From NCBI RefSeq assembly GCF_036321535.1, contig NC_087436.1, forward strand, positions 71,178,001 to 71,242,000: a DNA stretch of 64,000 bases. Reading direction: 5' to 3'. How positions within the stretch are numbered: the stretch's first letter is position 1; every line of letters begins with the position of its first letter. Made by a program: the position numbers and the translations under genes. This DNA is from Camelus dromedarius (taxonomy: Eukaryota). Below the pieces are notes generated by a model. It ran no database searches. It was not told the origin of the DNA and saw nothing but the letters and a program-made list of their open reading frames with translations. Shown here piece by piece: positions 37,366 to 51,705 of the stretch.

Positions 37366-38563
37366 AAAGTAGATAAAGCAGAGAAGAATCTAGGATGTTT
37401 ACTTTTAGTTAAAATTATGATTAAATCCAATGAGACAAACTTGCTTAGTAGATTAAAAACCTAATATCAAATTGGAGTTAGCTTATAGATGTCCCTGATC
37501 TTCACTCAGTGCATATTCACTGAGTGCCCACACGTGGTAGACCCTGAGAAGGTTAAGAACTCCTTAGGGGTTAACTCTAGGAACCACACAGCTGTGCCAG
37601 ATTTATATTCAGATTGAAGCTGAATTTGTATCATGTAGTCACAGACAATTGCATAAGCTTAAATCATTTCTGCAATCTCTACTTTAAGCAGATCTAGTCA
37701 GGGTATTAGAATATACCTTTTACTAATAGTGTACACCTTTATAAAGCTTCAAAGTTTAAAAGCAAACACACACACTTTGACGAAATTTTAGATACCTCTG
37801 TGCCTGATTCTACCTGCGCCCCCATAAGTATAGGAATAGGAAAAACTGAAGTTGATTATCATGCAAATCATGTCCAAAGACACCCTATCAGATCATTTTC
37901 TGCTTAAATGGCTGAAGAATCACAGAGAAGGCAATAGGCAAGTTCAAGGAATGAAAGCAGTGACATTTTGTGTTGGGTGTTGCAAACTCTGATGACACTC
38001 TGTTGGCATTGATATAATTTAAATAAAGTTATATTGTTATAGCTCCAAAAAAGATACAGTAGCAGCATCTCCACACATATGGGGGCATCATTCTACCAAG
38101 ATATAAAATGTTTCTGTGAAAAAGCAGCTGAATCCTTCACTAACTGGGAAATTCCATAATGATACTTCAAAGAACTCTATTCAGGCCAATTTATGATGTC
38201 AATTCTGAAGTTTCATTAAGTAACTGTTGCTTTTTTTAAAAAAAAAGACATTACCATTGAATGAATATTAGTTTCCGTGATTCCTTTTTGCTGAAAGGAA
38301 AAATTCTAAAATACTAATTCTAAAGTACTAATTCTAATTCTAAAATTCTAATTCTAAAATACACGTTTGCTTTTGTTTTCACTGACTACTTTAAGGGGTA
38401 AGCATATGGCATTTTTTAAAATGGAAAATGTCTTACATTCCAAGTCAAAAAAAAAAAGTTTTCATGCTTTGAGTTTGTGATCATTAGCAAACAAACAAAA
38501 TAGAACAGCCACCTCAATGTTCATGTACATAGAAAATCCTGACTTTTAATAATAATTTCCTAC

Positions 38564-39140
38564 ATGCCAGTTAGAATGTTTATAGCTGCAAATAAATAAA
38601 GCTTTATTTAAAGTGTTTTAAGCAATCACAAAACATATTAGTTTATGTTATGAGAGGTCTAGAGGTAGGGTGATTCCTGGGTTAATCAGTTCATTAATAG
38701 ATCATCAAGTACATAGTTCTTTCATTTTTTCATATCCTGCCATTCTTGGTATACAGGCTTTATCTTGAGATTAGCTTCTTTGATTCTTTCAGAATGGCTG
38801 CACCAATGCCAGCATCACAGCCAGGTTTGACAAATCGTGTTTTCATGCATGTCTTTCTTAAAAGTAGGCGAAAAGCTTTCTTGGAAGCCCTCTGGTACAT
38901 TTAACTACATGTTTCAGTGGCCAGAATTGAATCACAAGGCCATGTAAAAATCATTCAAAGAACAGAACTCCCATATATCTTATTCTAACCGAAAATTAAC
39001 CTGTTACTGAGGACGGCCTCCTCTGGAGCACATGGTTAGGAAAAGTGTGGGTTCTTGAGTAGTACTGAGATCCTATTTAAAATGATAAAGGGGGGCTTGA
39101 AATAAAAGAGGAGGGGGAAATGGAAGTTACAGAGTCAACT
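38564..39140 (-). mobile_element. Old MaLR LTR (MLT1J/K/L-like)
   Basis: tgccagttagaatgtttatagctgcaaataa...agaatggctgca...tttcagtggccagaattgaatcacaaggcca. Confidence 0.55.
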
Positions 39141-39428
39141 CACATTGTTGAATCCTCCTTTCCAAGTCCTCCTCTTCCCACATTTCCTAGTAACAGTCTC
39201 CCACTGGTCTCTTTTATTCTATTTAGTTTGCATTCGTGCATTTTATGTTTCATTTCTCTTACTGTAGTCTCCTTGCCTACAGATCCCTTCCACATTCTTT
39301 TGGCTTGGTAATGTCTTTTGAAAGGCACAGTACTTCATTCCTATAGTAGTGGACTCTTGTCACTGTTGCTTGCTCAGCCCCATTCCAACCGTCTCTTGAG
39401 TAAGTCACTGAAATGTTTGGGTGTGGGA

Positions 39429-39617
39429 AGGGCTGTCAGACAGAATGCAGTATTCTCTGTTAAATTCAAATATCAGATAAATAACAATTTTTTTTTAGTG
39501 TAAATCTGTCTCAAATATTATCATGGGACACACCTAGCACTAAAAACTTCCATGTTTAGCTGAAATCCAAATTTAAATGAGAATCTTGTATATTTATTTG
39601 TGGAATCTGGCAACTCT
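39429..39617. mobile_element. MER53-like palindromic MITE
   Basis: Termini agggctgtcaga and tctggcaactct; inner inverted arms gttaaattcaaatatcagataaa and tttagctgaaatccaaatttaaa. Confidence 0.8.
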
Positions 39618-40084
39618 AAGTGTGGGGGAGCTCTCTTTCTCCAGGCAGTTCATATAGTTACACGGATCTGCACCCTCCCAGTCTCACTTCCCCACTCCAC
39701 CCTCTACATTCAGTTCCAGCCATGGGCATTGATCCCGGCATGGCCAAGTAGGATATTCCATTTCCATGACTCTCCAGTCATTGGATGGGCAGATGGCCTA
39801 AATCATGCCAATGAAACTGTTACCTAGGACTGTTTTATTTGGAGCTACTAGGAAAGAGATTCTCTCTACAAGCTTGAAACTGGCAGAATTTAACACTGAA
39901 GGTGCTTGGGTGAATATGGGAGAGTTGTTGGTCTAGGTTTAATGTAAGAAGGGGAAAGTGAAGATTACTAATGGAGAGAATAGTTATGTTACAGTGATGA
40001 CTTGGAGACTCTGAATTTAACCATCCCTGAAACTTCATTTCTTTTTTCCCCCATGGGGCTCCTTCCTATGCATCCTTTGCTCTA

Positions 40085-40422
40085 GGTACAAGAATATTAA
40101 GACAGTCCCAAAGCTAGAGGTGAACTTCATACCCAGCAGAAGGAAAGGGACCACTGTATCTGCAAAAACAAGAACAATTTTGCAACAATTTTTACCTGGT
40201 ATGAGATCTCTATGGAAACTAGTTCTGCCCCTTGAACTCCTGAACTTTTACTATAAACCCCCTGCCTTCTCCCCCAGCAGGCTCACAGTCTTAGAGGCAT
40301 TAGCCCACTGTGACCTCCTTTCTCTGGCAATGAAATAAAAGTTGCCATTTCTACTTCATCCAAAACTCCGTCTTCAAGTATCAGTTTGGTAAGCGGGCTA
40401 TGGAGGCCATGTTTTGGCAACA
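40085..40422 (+). mobile_element. ERV1-type LTR, 3' portion
   Basis: ctataaa at 40251, AATAAA 40334-40339, ends ttttggcaaCA. Confidence 0.65.
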
Positions 40423-42533
40423 AATACTAGAGGGGAACCTCTTCAGATATCAGAGTTTTACCTCTGTGTAGCTCTCCCTTCTCCCAGACTCAGTCCTGTG
40501 AATGCTGGCCACCTTCATCTCCCTGACTCTCAGCTCTGGCCTCTCAACTCTGTCAGGTTCAGCCTGGGTTCCCCTTCCCTGAGATTGGATTAGAAACCCT
40601 TCAGGCAGTGAACTGGGGAAGTGCTGAGGCTCACTTCACTTGCTTCTCATCTCTTAGGGATCATGGTCTTTCTCTGCCGATATCCAATGTCTTGTAAAGT
40701 ACTGTTTCATATATCCTGCCTATTTCTGGCTGTTTGAAGTAGGAGGGTTAATCCAGTTTCTATTATTCCATCTTGGCCGAGAGCAGAAGTTCACTTAATT
40801 TGGTTTTGCTAATATCATAAGGTGGTTTAGAAACTTGGATTTATAGGTATGTTACTCTATATAACATGATTTAGAATTTTCTATAGGCTTTCAGCCTTCC
40901 TTAAGTGATTTTCTATATGCATTTACTCGGATTTATAGAAGTTAAGTAGCAGTGAAATGTTCAGTGTAAAAACCCTGACAACACTCTTTTAGTACAAAAA
41001 TCATACTTTTATGAGATATTAAATCTCCTTGAATGTGTCCTTGTAACACATAGTATCTTCTGAAGGGAGAGAAACTTAAGGCTGAGCAGTATTCAGTAAA
41101 TCTCAAAAAAATTCTATTCACCTTTCTCATAAAACAATGTGAATTTCTTTGTTCATTAAAAGCTGGCTGAGCCAAGAGGCACTCACTATAAATGTGTTTG
41201 CAGAAAGAAACTGTCTTCCAAGAGTAGCCCCTAAAATAAGCTGCTTGTTACTTAAAACAAACATGGAGAGAGTTCAAAAAATTAAAACCTTAGCAAACAT
41301 AGGTATCCCCTTACAGTCCAAAGAACATGATGTTTGAAATATTTGCTGAAAATGTTTTGCACTGAATTTTTTAGAGAATTACAAACTAGGTTTTCATAAA
41401 TCATATTTAGATGATAGAAAATTGGGGGTGGACTTCAGGAAGTCATGTTTCAGAAGTGAAGGCAAGAAATAAATTCTAGAAATAGGTTCACTGTGGGTCA
41501 TCCCTTCAAATCAGCAGCAAGGGCCACAACAAGCAGGATGAAACTACCCACTCAGAAAAGGAATTGTCTTGTGAAAAGTGACAGAAAGGGAAACAAGGAT
41601 GATTCATTGATGCACTGGGTCTGATTGTATCTAAATTCATCTTTCTAGATTTGAAAGATCTTTTTGCAGTTTGAGTGCAAGAAATCTAAACATTTATGTG
41701 TTCCACTCAAATTGAGGGATGACATATTTGATAGATTAACACAGATGGAGTGAAACCATTAACCACTCACTGTCATCAAAGTCAGTAAGTGCTGATCTGT
41801 CTTCAAATATCAGATGGGAAATCCAGACTACAGGCAGCAAGTCTGTTTTTAAATGAGTGTGCCTTGATTTAATCTCAACTCACTCAGTCGTTTTGAAGGT
41901 CTAACAGACGGGTAATATAAGAAGAATCCTCATGAATACAAATGTTAGAATTACTGGAAAAGGCTCATTACCTCCTGGCCCCCTGTTCCTTCCTTTCCTC
42001 TCTTTTTCCTTCTATTCCTTGTTCCCCTCATTCTCTTGTTACTTGATTTCTTTCCTCTCTTCCTTAACTCCTTCCATCCATCTATTTCCACACATTTCTT
42101 GAGCACTTTTCCAGTATAGAATCTGATCTAGCCTCTAAGAATAAAGGGCAAAGAAGCCCAGTTCCTGTCATGGAGGAAGTTACAGCTTAATAGGAGAGAA
42201 AGAAATATAATAAACACATACTGTCATGCAAGGCAAGGATGTAACTGAAGAAGAAGCAACTTTACCTGGAAGAACCTGAGAACATTTCAACAGAGGAGGT
42301 GACGGCTGCACTGGATGTTGAAAGATGCACAGAAGTTAGACACGTGGAGAAACAGGGAGGGCCATTTCCAGGCAAGGACACAGCGTGTGCAGATGACCTG
42401 AACAGCGCTGAAATACTGGGGGAACAGAACTCTAAAGTGGAGGGAGCAAAAATCAGTTGAAGATTGATTTGGCAGATGTGATCACTAAGGGAAGGTGAAG
42501 CAAGATCAGGAAGAATACTTCTTACACAGGCTC

Positions 42534-42651
42534 AGGGCCGGTTTTCTTGGGGCAGTTCTGCACCATGCCTGTTATCCTGACATCAATACTAGTAACGTTT
42601 TCTCTCCACTCTCGGATGTGGCCCAGTTTGAACAAATCAAGTGGTCACCCT
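42534..42651. mobile_element. MER94-like hAT element
   Basis: Ends tggtcaccct; internal gcctgttatcctg...ccactctc...cccagtttgaacaa. Confidence 0.6.
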
Positions 42652-42714
42652 ACTTAGAGGCCTTTCGGTAGCAGAAGGGGATTTCTAGAAGCAGGGCTGA
42701 ATTACATAATTCGC

Positions 42715-43351
42715 TTTTGTGCACCTGTGTTCAGGGATAACAGGCCTTCCAAGTTCTTGCGGCAGTGATGTGCTTTCCCAGGTGTGGCAGCAGGGGAGTG
42801 AATACAGTGATTTGGCAGTCCACATCCATTTCAACTTCCTTGCGTTGCGTACTCCTACAGGAGAGGGAATGGCGAGCCCCAGTGTGCCTGCAGCCAGCCT
42901 CCCAGGTGAGCATTTGGTTCAGCCAACTGGATGCACTCATGTGAGATGTGAACTCAGAAGTGGCAAACGTGGCTGGGGAGGCACTGGGGGTTTTCCATCA
43001 TAACATTCGAGGTCCGGTTGTCAGCTGTGTGGATGCTGAGAGGAAAGTACAGCAGCAGAGTGCCAGTTTGTTATCCTCAGAGAGCATTTTCTGTGGCAAG
43101 TGATGGAGTCAGCAGGTCCAGGGGCAGCTCGCTCACTCGTCCCCTCCCTGACCTGTGCAGCAACAGCAGCTGCCTGGGTGGACCAATCAGCCGCCTCATT
43201 CTGGGAACTGGTCCTGGAGCCCAAGTCTCATGGCCACTCCTCCAGTCCTTCCAGCAATTTAATGTGCACTTAATTCTTTATATTAAATCCTTTCATGCTT
43301 AAAATAGCGAGTGTGGCTTCAATTTCCTGGAACTGAACCTTGACACATATA
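42715..43351 (+). mobile_element. Old ERVL-type LTR (LTR33/LTR41-like)
   Basis: 3' end attaaatcctttcatgcttaaaatagcgagtgtggcttc...aactgaaccttgacacatata. Confidence 0.55.
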
Positions 43352-45650
43352 TGGTAAGCTATTTAACAAAGCTGGGCCTGCAATCCACAGCCATGTCATA
43401 AGAGGGCTGGGCTATTATGTGACCAGCAGGGGCCCTCCTACCTCGAGAATTTTTCTCCTGTGATTCTACTCTTTTATGGAGTTTGCCTAATGCTTCTATT
43501 TTTCTCTCCTGTGTCCCTCAGGAACTATTTCCAATCTGGCGTGTAGCTTTCATTTCCATAGAACTGTTTCACTCGTATCATGATTAATAAATTTTTAGTA
43601 TTTGGAAAATGCACCAAAAGCCATAGGGTGTGTACAAGACAGGGGTGAGAGAGGACACGGGCATTTAACAAACATCTACTGAGCACCTATTATGTGCCAG
43701 GTGCTCTTAGGTAATATTTATAAACCCCTTGACCTAGTGCAAGCATTTGTTTAGACAAAACATTCCTGGAAGTACATTTTATCTTTGTGTGGTTTGCAAA
43801 TGAAAAATAACATTCACTCCCCAACCTCTAGTTGCCCGTCCTGACCCCTTTCCATTCACCACACGGGCTACAGTCACTACAGCTGCTTCCTTACAGAAGC
43901 TGACCTGAGCCAAATCAGGACTTCTCTAACCACGTCTCTGTTTCTAGTCCATTTCGCTTTCTTCAGCTGAGTGAATCGTCACACGTACTCTTCCCTGATG
44001 CAGTCCTCTGACCTGACACAGTTTTCCTCCCTACTTCTAGTTTTCCATGTCCCTTTAGGTGGTTCTTGGCTGGATCCTGTGCTCATCCCCAGTTGCCTGA
44101 GAATCACCCAAGGCCCTTTGCTTCTTACACATGATCCCTTGGACAAATCATTCAGTGATAGAATTTTTATACATTTTTAATCCTTAAGCTACATATCCTG
44201 AATTACAGGACATTTCTACATCACTGTTCCAATGTCTTCTCATTATTATTCTCAAAGCATTAACTTGTCTCCATATAATACATCCTTCAACAATCTTCTT
44301 GAACTTCCTTTTCAGGCAATCAGAACCCTGAAGTCATTTTCACTTCGCTTGTCTCATCAGGCCATTGCTAATTTCTGATAATTCTTGCTACCCCAAATTC
44401 TTAAGATTTGCCATTCTATCTGTGCTTTCTGCATCCAGGCTGTCTATACTGGACTGTATATTCTCTTTCCTTGTTTTCTGTCTATACCCATCCTATGTTT
44501 GGCCACTGAAACTATCTTCTTTAAATGTTACTCCAAAAAGCATTTGTTAGTACAAATTTCCTTTCCTTATTACATCTGAACTTTTTGTCATTGGCCAAAC
44601 ATTTCACTGCCTAAATCACTTATCTGTTTTTGTAGTGCAGTTTTATTTTTTCTCTAGAAGAGTTAACCTAATTATTTGTCATTACATAGTCTACTCATTA
44701 TTGCCACTTTTCTTATTTCATCAGCCTAGAATGTTGTCCATCTGAATAAAAGAATATTTCAAAAGATCCTTAAAGGAATTAATCAAAGTCTTCCCTGTTT
44801 AAGGATCATCTCATCTGACTCTAATCAATACATTTAGCAGTCCCAGAGGACTATTCCACTAACATTTGCAAAGACAAAACTCCAAAAAAGAAAAAAAAGC
44901 ATTCAAAGGTAAATTCACGTGCTATGTTTACCCTCTTGTTTGATGGTCATTAGAATAAGTTCTTGGTAAAAAACAAAGAATGATCACAGAGAATAAAACT
45001 CACCATAGCACATAACTCCATATAACAACAAGGCTGAACGGTAGGTATGTACTACATATTATTTGTTCTAACACTGTTGTGGTCACATAAGCATATGATG
45101 CGTCAGAGTTAGGTGCAACTTTATCCTATTTGCTCTGGAACTCTTCGTTATATTGTCTCCATGGTAATGGAAACAGAGGGACATAAATAATTTTTTTTTT
45201 GAATACAGAATACTTTTGTGAGTAAAAAAAATCCGAGGATGATTGTATCCATTTTTTAAAATGGGAAATGTGCTAAAAAGTAGTCTAATGAGCCTGAAAC
45301 ACATTAAGAGATCAATAAATGTCAAACAACAAAAAAAATGAGTCAACATATTGGCACGTAAATGGCTTGCATTTAAAGAAAATGGGGATTTAAATGAATT
45401 ATGATGTATCAGTGTGCAAAAAGAGGGAGAATGGAAAAGGAAAACATAATAGCTAATTGTTAGTGAAGTTTCTAATAGTATTAGAAGTGGTAATATCAAA
45501 GAAAAACTAGAAACAAGTTATACATCTGAGAGTAGAAGTATAATTAAATAAATTATATCTCATCCTAATATATGCAAAGAAACACACCATAACATTATAT
45601 GAAATTATATTACAGTTCATGTATATGTATATACACACATATATAAAATA

Positions 45651-45780
45651 CAGTCATTTCTCCATATTTGCAGATTTTGTATTTGTGAATTTGCTTACTC
45701 ACTAAAGTTCATTTGTAATCCTCAAGTCAGTATTTACAGTGCTTTCTCAGTCATTTGCAGACATGCACAGAGTCTCAAAA
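45651..45780. mobile_element. TcMar-Tigger terminal fragment (MER82-like)
   Basis: ta|cagtcatttctccatatttgcagattttgtatttgtgaatttgcttactcactaaa. Confidence 0.55.
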
Positions 45781-45789
45781 ACAACAAAC

Positions 45790-47175
45790 AAACAAACTCA
45801 ATAAAGCAAGAAAGTAAAAAGAATCATAATTTATAAGGGAGAAATAAACATGTCATTATTTCCAGATGACACAATTGTTTGTATAGAAATCCGAAAGAAT
45901 CTATAGGATTAACAAGTGAATTAAGCAAGTCACTGAATACAGAAACCTATATAGAAAAATCACTTGAATTTTTTTTGATGAACAAATCCTCAACTTCATT
46001 TATTTAAGAAAAATGGATATTAAAATTAGTGTCAGACCATTTTCTTTATTTTAGTATAAAAAAAGTAAATTTGTTAACTTGTAATGTTAACAAAGATGTA
46101 GAGAGTAAGTACTCTTATTCATTAATAGCAAATAAAAAAATGAACTTTATCAACAAACAAGGAAAAAAATCCTTTTTAAAAGATATTAAAGATCAAATTC
46201 TCAGGAGAAAAAAACTAACAAAGATGTGCTAGACCTCTATAGCGAATCTATAAACATTAATACTTAGAGACACTGAGCCACAGAGTTGGGGAAAATATTT
46301 ACAAAACATATCTGACAAAGCAGTCATACCCAGGATACGTAAGTACACCTGCAAAACAATAAGAACAAGACAGATATCCAATTTTTAGAAGTGTCCTTAA
46401 ACATACACTTTGCAAAAATAACAGTCTTTATCCTATAGGTACATATAAGTGTTCTCAACATTGTTAGACATTAGGAAAGACAAATTAAAGCCAGATGAAA
46501 CATACTTACTACCATGGCTAAAATGGAAAATAAAACTTGATACTACCAACCAGTGGGCAGGATCTGGATCAGCTGGAGCTCTCCTCCACTGCAGGTGGGA
46601 ATGTGCAGTGGTGCACTACTTTGTAAACCACCTAGCATTATCTACTAGAGCTTAGTATACGCACACTCATGACACAGCAATTCTACTCCTAAGTAAACAC
46701 TAAGCGGAAATGAGCACACATGTACATCCATCATAGTACACAAACAAGGATATTCATAGCTATTTTTAATAGCTAAAACTGGAAAATAGACAGGATGAAT
46801 GCCATGCTAAGTTGTACAAAAGAACAATATAAAGCAATAAAAAATACCAAATTGCTCCTGCACACAGGAACATGGACTAATCTCATAGATATAGTGTTAG
46901 GTTAAAGAAACCAGACAAAAAACAAATGCTGCATGATTTAATTTATATTACATATACTAATTTCATGGAAACTTAAAACAATACAATTGATAGAATTCAC
47001 ATGGTGATTACCTTTGGTGGGTTACTAACTAGGAAATGGTATAAGGGAAGCTTTTGGGATGCTGGAAATTATTCTATAATTTGATATGCATGATGATTAC
47101 ATTTGTAAAAACTGATTGAGCTGAAAACTTAAGATTTGTGAACTTTACTGTGTATATGCTATAGACCAAGAAAAA
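45790..47175 (+). mobile_element. Old L1M ORF2 and 3'UTR fragments
   Basis: tcattatttccagatgacacaattgtttgtatagaaat (FADD region), ggagctctcctccactgcaggtgggaatgt, L1M 3'UTR end. Confidence 0.75.
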
Positions 47176-47689
47176 TTACAAAAGAAACCTCACAAAGAGA
47201 TTTAAATATAAATCTACTCTCTCATATGCCAATGCTTTTTTTTTGACACATGGGTAGGGAAATATGGAACTTTGGAGAACTTGATAAAAATCTCTGAAGG
47301 ATGTAATATAGAAATCTAAATTGATGCAAAATAATTTACACAAGAGTGGCAAAAGGCCCCCCACAAAGACTGCCTTCTCTCCTCCCGAAAAAGTGACCTG
47401 ATAACAAAAACACTTTAAATCAAGTCACAAAATGTACTCCCTAGGGGGTGGAATGTCAGGTTAATGTAAGCCTAGCTAGAGGACGCAGGACATTTGCCAG
47501 GTTTCTGCCAAAGAATGCCTATGAGATCATTCTTCAAAAGGCCTCCCCTCCATACCCTTGACATGATATAAACTACTCTGGTATTTATGTATGCTGGATA
47601 CTCCGTTAGTATACTTTATAGGTCTTTAAATAAAACCAGCTGTCATTCTAGCTAAACTTCAAGAAAAAAAAGAAACATGGTTGCTCTAC

Positions 47690-47847
47690 AGCATGCTTGT
47701 GTGCATATGAACCACCTAATTCGTAGGGTCTCTGCCCAGACACTCTACTGCACTAAGTCTACAATGGGCCCTAGAACCTGCATTTCAAGAGGCACTTAAG
47801 AAGATCTCGAGTCAGGTGGTTTGGGTGTATATTTGTGATACACTGCT
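47690..47847. mobile_element. MER5-type hAT-Charlie MITE
   Basis: gggccctagaacctgcatttcaagaggcact...tatatttgtgatacactgc. Confidence 0.55.
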
Positions 47848-48281
47848 TTATATACTGCAGTATGAACTATTCATTTTTTGCTGATCTAATTATTTTTAAA
47901 ATGTGATAGTTCTTCTCTATGTGATCATACTTAGCTTGGATGATAGAACCTAACACAATAAACATTAAATTATACATGTTCTTCTAATCCAAAAACTTTA
48001 TAAATCTTTTATCTGCTATTAAGATTTCAGCTTTCTCAGTCATATCAGTGTAATAACATTAATGTATTAAATAATCCAAGAAGGAAAGTAACTGCAGTAA
48101 TGCCTTTCTGTATTGGTTAAGAATTATAATGTGTATAATAATTTTTCACCATCTAAAATATTATTTTTTTATTAATAAGAGAGGTACCTCAAACTTAGAC
48201 TGGAGTCATATAAGTCTGCTAACATATAAACTCAGGGTTAATTGAGTTCAACAATTTTAAAGGCCAATGTGCATTATTAAA

Positions 48282-48880
48282 ACAATAGCCAAGACATGGA
48301 AACAACCTGAATGTCCATCGACAGATAACTGGATAAAGAAGTTTGGTATATTTATACAATGGAATACTACTGAGCCATAAAAAAGAATAAAATAATCCCA
48401 TTTACACCAAAATGCATGGACCTGGAGATTGTCATTCTAAGTGAAGTAAGCCAGAAAGAGAAAGAAAAATACCACATGATATCCCTTATATGTGGAATCT
48501 TAAAAAAAAAAACAAAACAGAGAGAGAGAGAAACAAATTTATTTACAGAACAGAAACAGACTCACAGACATAGAAAACAAACTTATGGTTATTAGGGGGA
48601 AAGGAGTGGAAAGGGATAAATTGGGAGTTCAAGATTGCAGATACTAACTAATCTGTATAAAATAGATAAACAAGCTCATACTGTATAGCACAGGGAACTA
48701 TATTCAATGTTTTGTAGTAACTTACAGTGAAAAAGAATATGAAAACAAAATATATGTATGTTCATGTATGACTGAAGTATTGTGCTGTACACCAGAAACT
48801 GACACAACATTGTAAACTGATTGATTATACTTCAATAAAAAATATATATACAAGAAACACACACACACACACACACACAA
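48282..48880 (+). mobile_element. 5'-truncated L1 3' end with (CA)n-converted tail
   Basis: acaatagccaagacatggaaacaacct...ggacctggagattgtcattctaagtgaag...ttcaataaaa. Confidence 0.9.
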
Positions 48881-50139
48881 ACCATAGGGGAGAGATTATA
48901 AACTGAATTTACCTAGGATGAATGAAAACCAGAGAGGTGTGAGGCCTTCCAAAAGAAACAAACAAAAAGGAAATAGAGAAAAGGAAATAGAGAAAAGAAA
49001 ATAGGGGAAAAATCTGAGAAAGACTGAAGAGACCAGAGAGGAATAAAGTCTTATTTTTAAGAAGCTGGCAAAATTAGTAAACTACACTGAAAGATTAAGT
49101 GTTTATTTCATTAGGATTAATTTATATATAGTGAATGCACACTTTTTTTTTTATTAAAGAGAACTGTAGGAATAATTATTCTAAGGGATGAGGACAGAAA
49201 GATTGAGCAAATCATTATTCCAGTTTCCAATGCTGAAAAGGCAATTGTGGTTTCTTACTCTCACAAGGTCACTGACTTTGGATGTGACAGTCCTAGTCTT
49301 TCCAATCCTTTTTTCATTAGGGCGAGGCTGTATAGTTACTGAATCACTCTGATTGCCTAGATGGTATTTGATTTACTTATCCCTGTATAGTTCACATGTG
49401 TGTTAACAATCCTAGAACAATGCCTTTCACACAATAAATATATTTTTCCCTTGAATTTCCTACTTTCTGGCAGTGACAGATATTGCAATCATGATGAAGT
49501 TTAAATCAAGCAGTGTTGCAGTAAGCTGAAAGGGATGCAGACCCTTGACCTGAAAGATCGTGGTCTCATGAGATTGCACAGGAGTTAACAAATGTCAAAT
49601 GAAAATTCCTTTTTAGTGACTTTTGTTTTCCAAATTTTTGACTATGTGACATAGCAAAACAGTTTATACAAATACATTGCTTGCTTGCATTCTACGTGTA
49701 AGTAAAGAGATCTTTTTTGCGAGATGGAGCACTAAATGTTATTTGTTGAAATGTACAGTTTTACATAAATGAACATACGTTACCAACGAGAAGAATGAAT
49801 GCCAATGGTTTTCTGTAGTATGGAAGTTCACACACACACAAACACACACAAAAAACCAGATTAAAAGACACTACAAAATATTTTGCTCATTGGTACCACA
49901 TAGACTTGCATACTTAAGATATTTTTTCTGTCATTTTAAATATTTCTATTTAAGATTCTACACTAAAAACTTGCCAACTGAACTATTCTTTCAAAATATA
50001 CTTTAAATATAAATACTAATAAACACCTCTGTTTTCTCTCTTTGGTATGAAACATATACTATATTTACTGTAATAAAAGATTTTTCTTAAGATTCTCTTT
50101 TTTTCTTATTTAATATACATCTCATTAACAACAAAATTA

Positions 50140-50370
50140 ATACTTACTATTTTCTAGGCATTACTGAAAGAGCTTTAATATGTTAATTAATTCGTCCTCA
50201 CAGTAACTTTACAAAATAGTTGATATGATTGTCTCCATTTTACCGATTAGTAAGGTGAGCCACAGATAAACAGTGACTTGCCTAGAGTCACACAATGAAG
50301 CAGAAGAGCTGGTGTTGGAACTCAGGAAGTCCAGTTCCGAAGTCCCTCCTCTTGAGCTAACACGCTATCC
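50140..50370 (-). mobile_element. MIR SINE
   Basis: ttgtctccattttaccgattagtaaggtgagccacaga...gtgacttgcctagagtcacaca. Confidence 0.7.
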
Positions 50371-51540
50371 TACTTTTCTGAGGAATACCCAGTTTGAACC
50401 TCTACAGATTCAACAACGACTTAAGGGGTGTAAAACAGACTTCTCCAAAAATCTGCAACGTAGTACATTAAAATAATGGCTATTCTTCTAATACTCCAAA
50501 AACTGTTATTCTACCTAAGAAGAGTTTGCCCATCACAATAAAATATTGGCAAGGACATGAAAAGTCAAGGAACCTAGCAGCCATCAAGTCCACAGTGATG
50601 CATGAGTGAAAACAAGAAATCAATAAACATGAAGAAGTCCAAATTCAAACCACAGACCATGCACGCAACAGCACACACCTAGAAAAAAACAGTATTAGAG
50701 GGATATATACTAAAAAGAATTTCCTTTTTAAGTTTGGTTTACTTTTCCATAAATTGTGGGTGCTAGTATAACTAGGAAAAAATCAATAACTGCTGTTAAA
50801 AACAAAGCAAACGGACAAGAAAGTAGACTTATGTACAACTTCTCAAGAACGCTTATTTAATGAATAAAGGAATATAAACCCTAAACTGCCTCCAGGAAGA
50901 TTTTTTTATATTTACAACAGCACTTTATAAGTACATCTATTTTGCACTTTCTATACTGTACTTTAAGGTTCTGTTCGTTTTGGCTCTCCTACTAGTTCTG
51001 TAAAGTTGTTGAGGAATTGACCATTGATTCATTCTTATTTGTGTTCACAGTCCCTGGAGAATACAAAGCCTAGCACGTAAGGAGGCATTCAGTAAATAAT
51101 GACTGAGGAATTTCACACTTGTGGGAGCAAAAACTCTAAGGGCAATATTTTTTTCTACCACCTATGAGCAAAACTGTTTCAGAAGCTAGTATCTACCAGA
51201 TATGACCTCATAATCGCATAAAGGTACACACAGCTGTGCAGTCATGAGGAGAGCAGGTTATCAGCTGGAGAAATAAAAGACATTTCCAGCACAGCTGGAA
51301 AATCACTCACACTGAAATTCCATTTCCCTGTATTTCTGCTAAATATTTTACTCATACTTGACACAACCTCTTCTTGGAAGCATTTCCCACACACCCACAC
51401 CACAAGGTCATTCATGTTGCCCACACTTTTTATTCATACTTTATTATATGTGTTACACAATTGCATTATAGCATTATTAGTGACTGTTTCCTTTGGCTGC
51501 ACTGGGAATTCCCTGAGGGCATGAAGTGTGCATTATACAT

Positions 51541-51705
51541 CAGGACCACTGAATACAGTCTTGCAGGTTGTGCACTGCCCAAGGGTACCACACCTAAAGA
51601 GATGCTGCAGTCATCATGGACTATCATAGACTGATATATTTTAGCATCGATATTCTGGTATATGACAGTGAAGTATCTTAAAGAGAGAGTCTTTGTTTTC
51701 TAATA
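51541..51705 (+). mobile_element. MER91-like hAT element
   Basis: caggaccactgaatacagtcttgcaggttgtgcactgcccaagggtaccacacctaa. Confidence 0.6.

Noticed and set aside
45083..45499. 138-aa minus-strand ORF as a possible ADAMTS3 exon
   Set aside because: No resemblance to the ADAMTS prodomain and no convincing splice sites; low-complexity AT-rich sequence.
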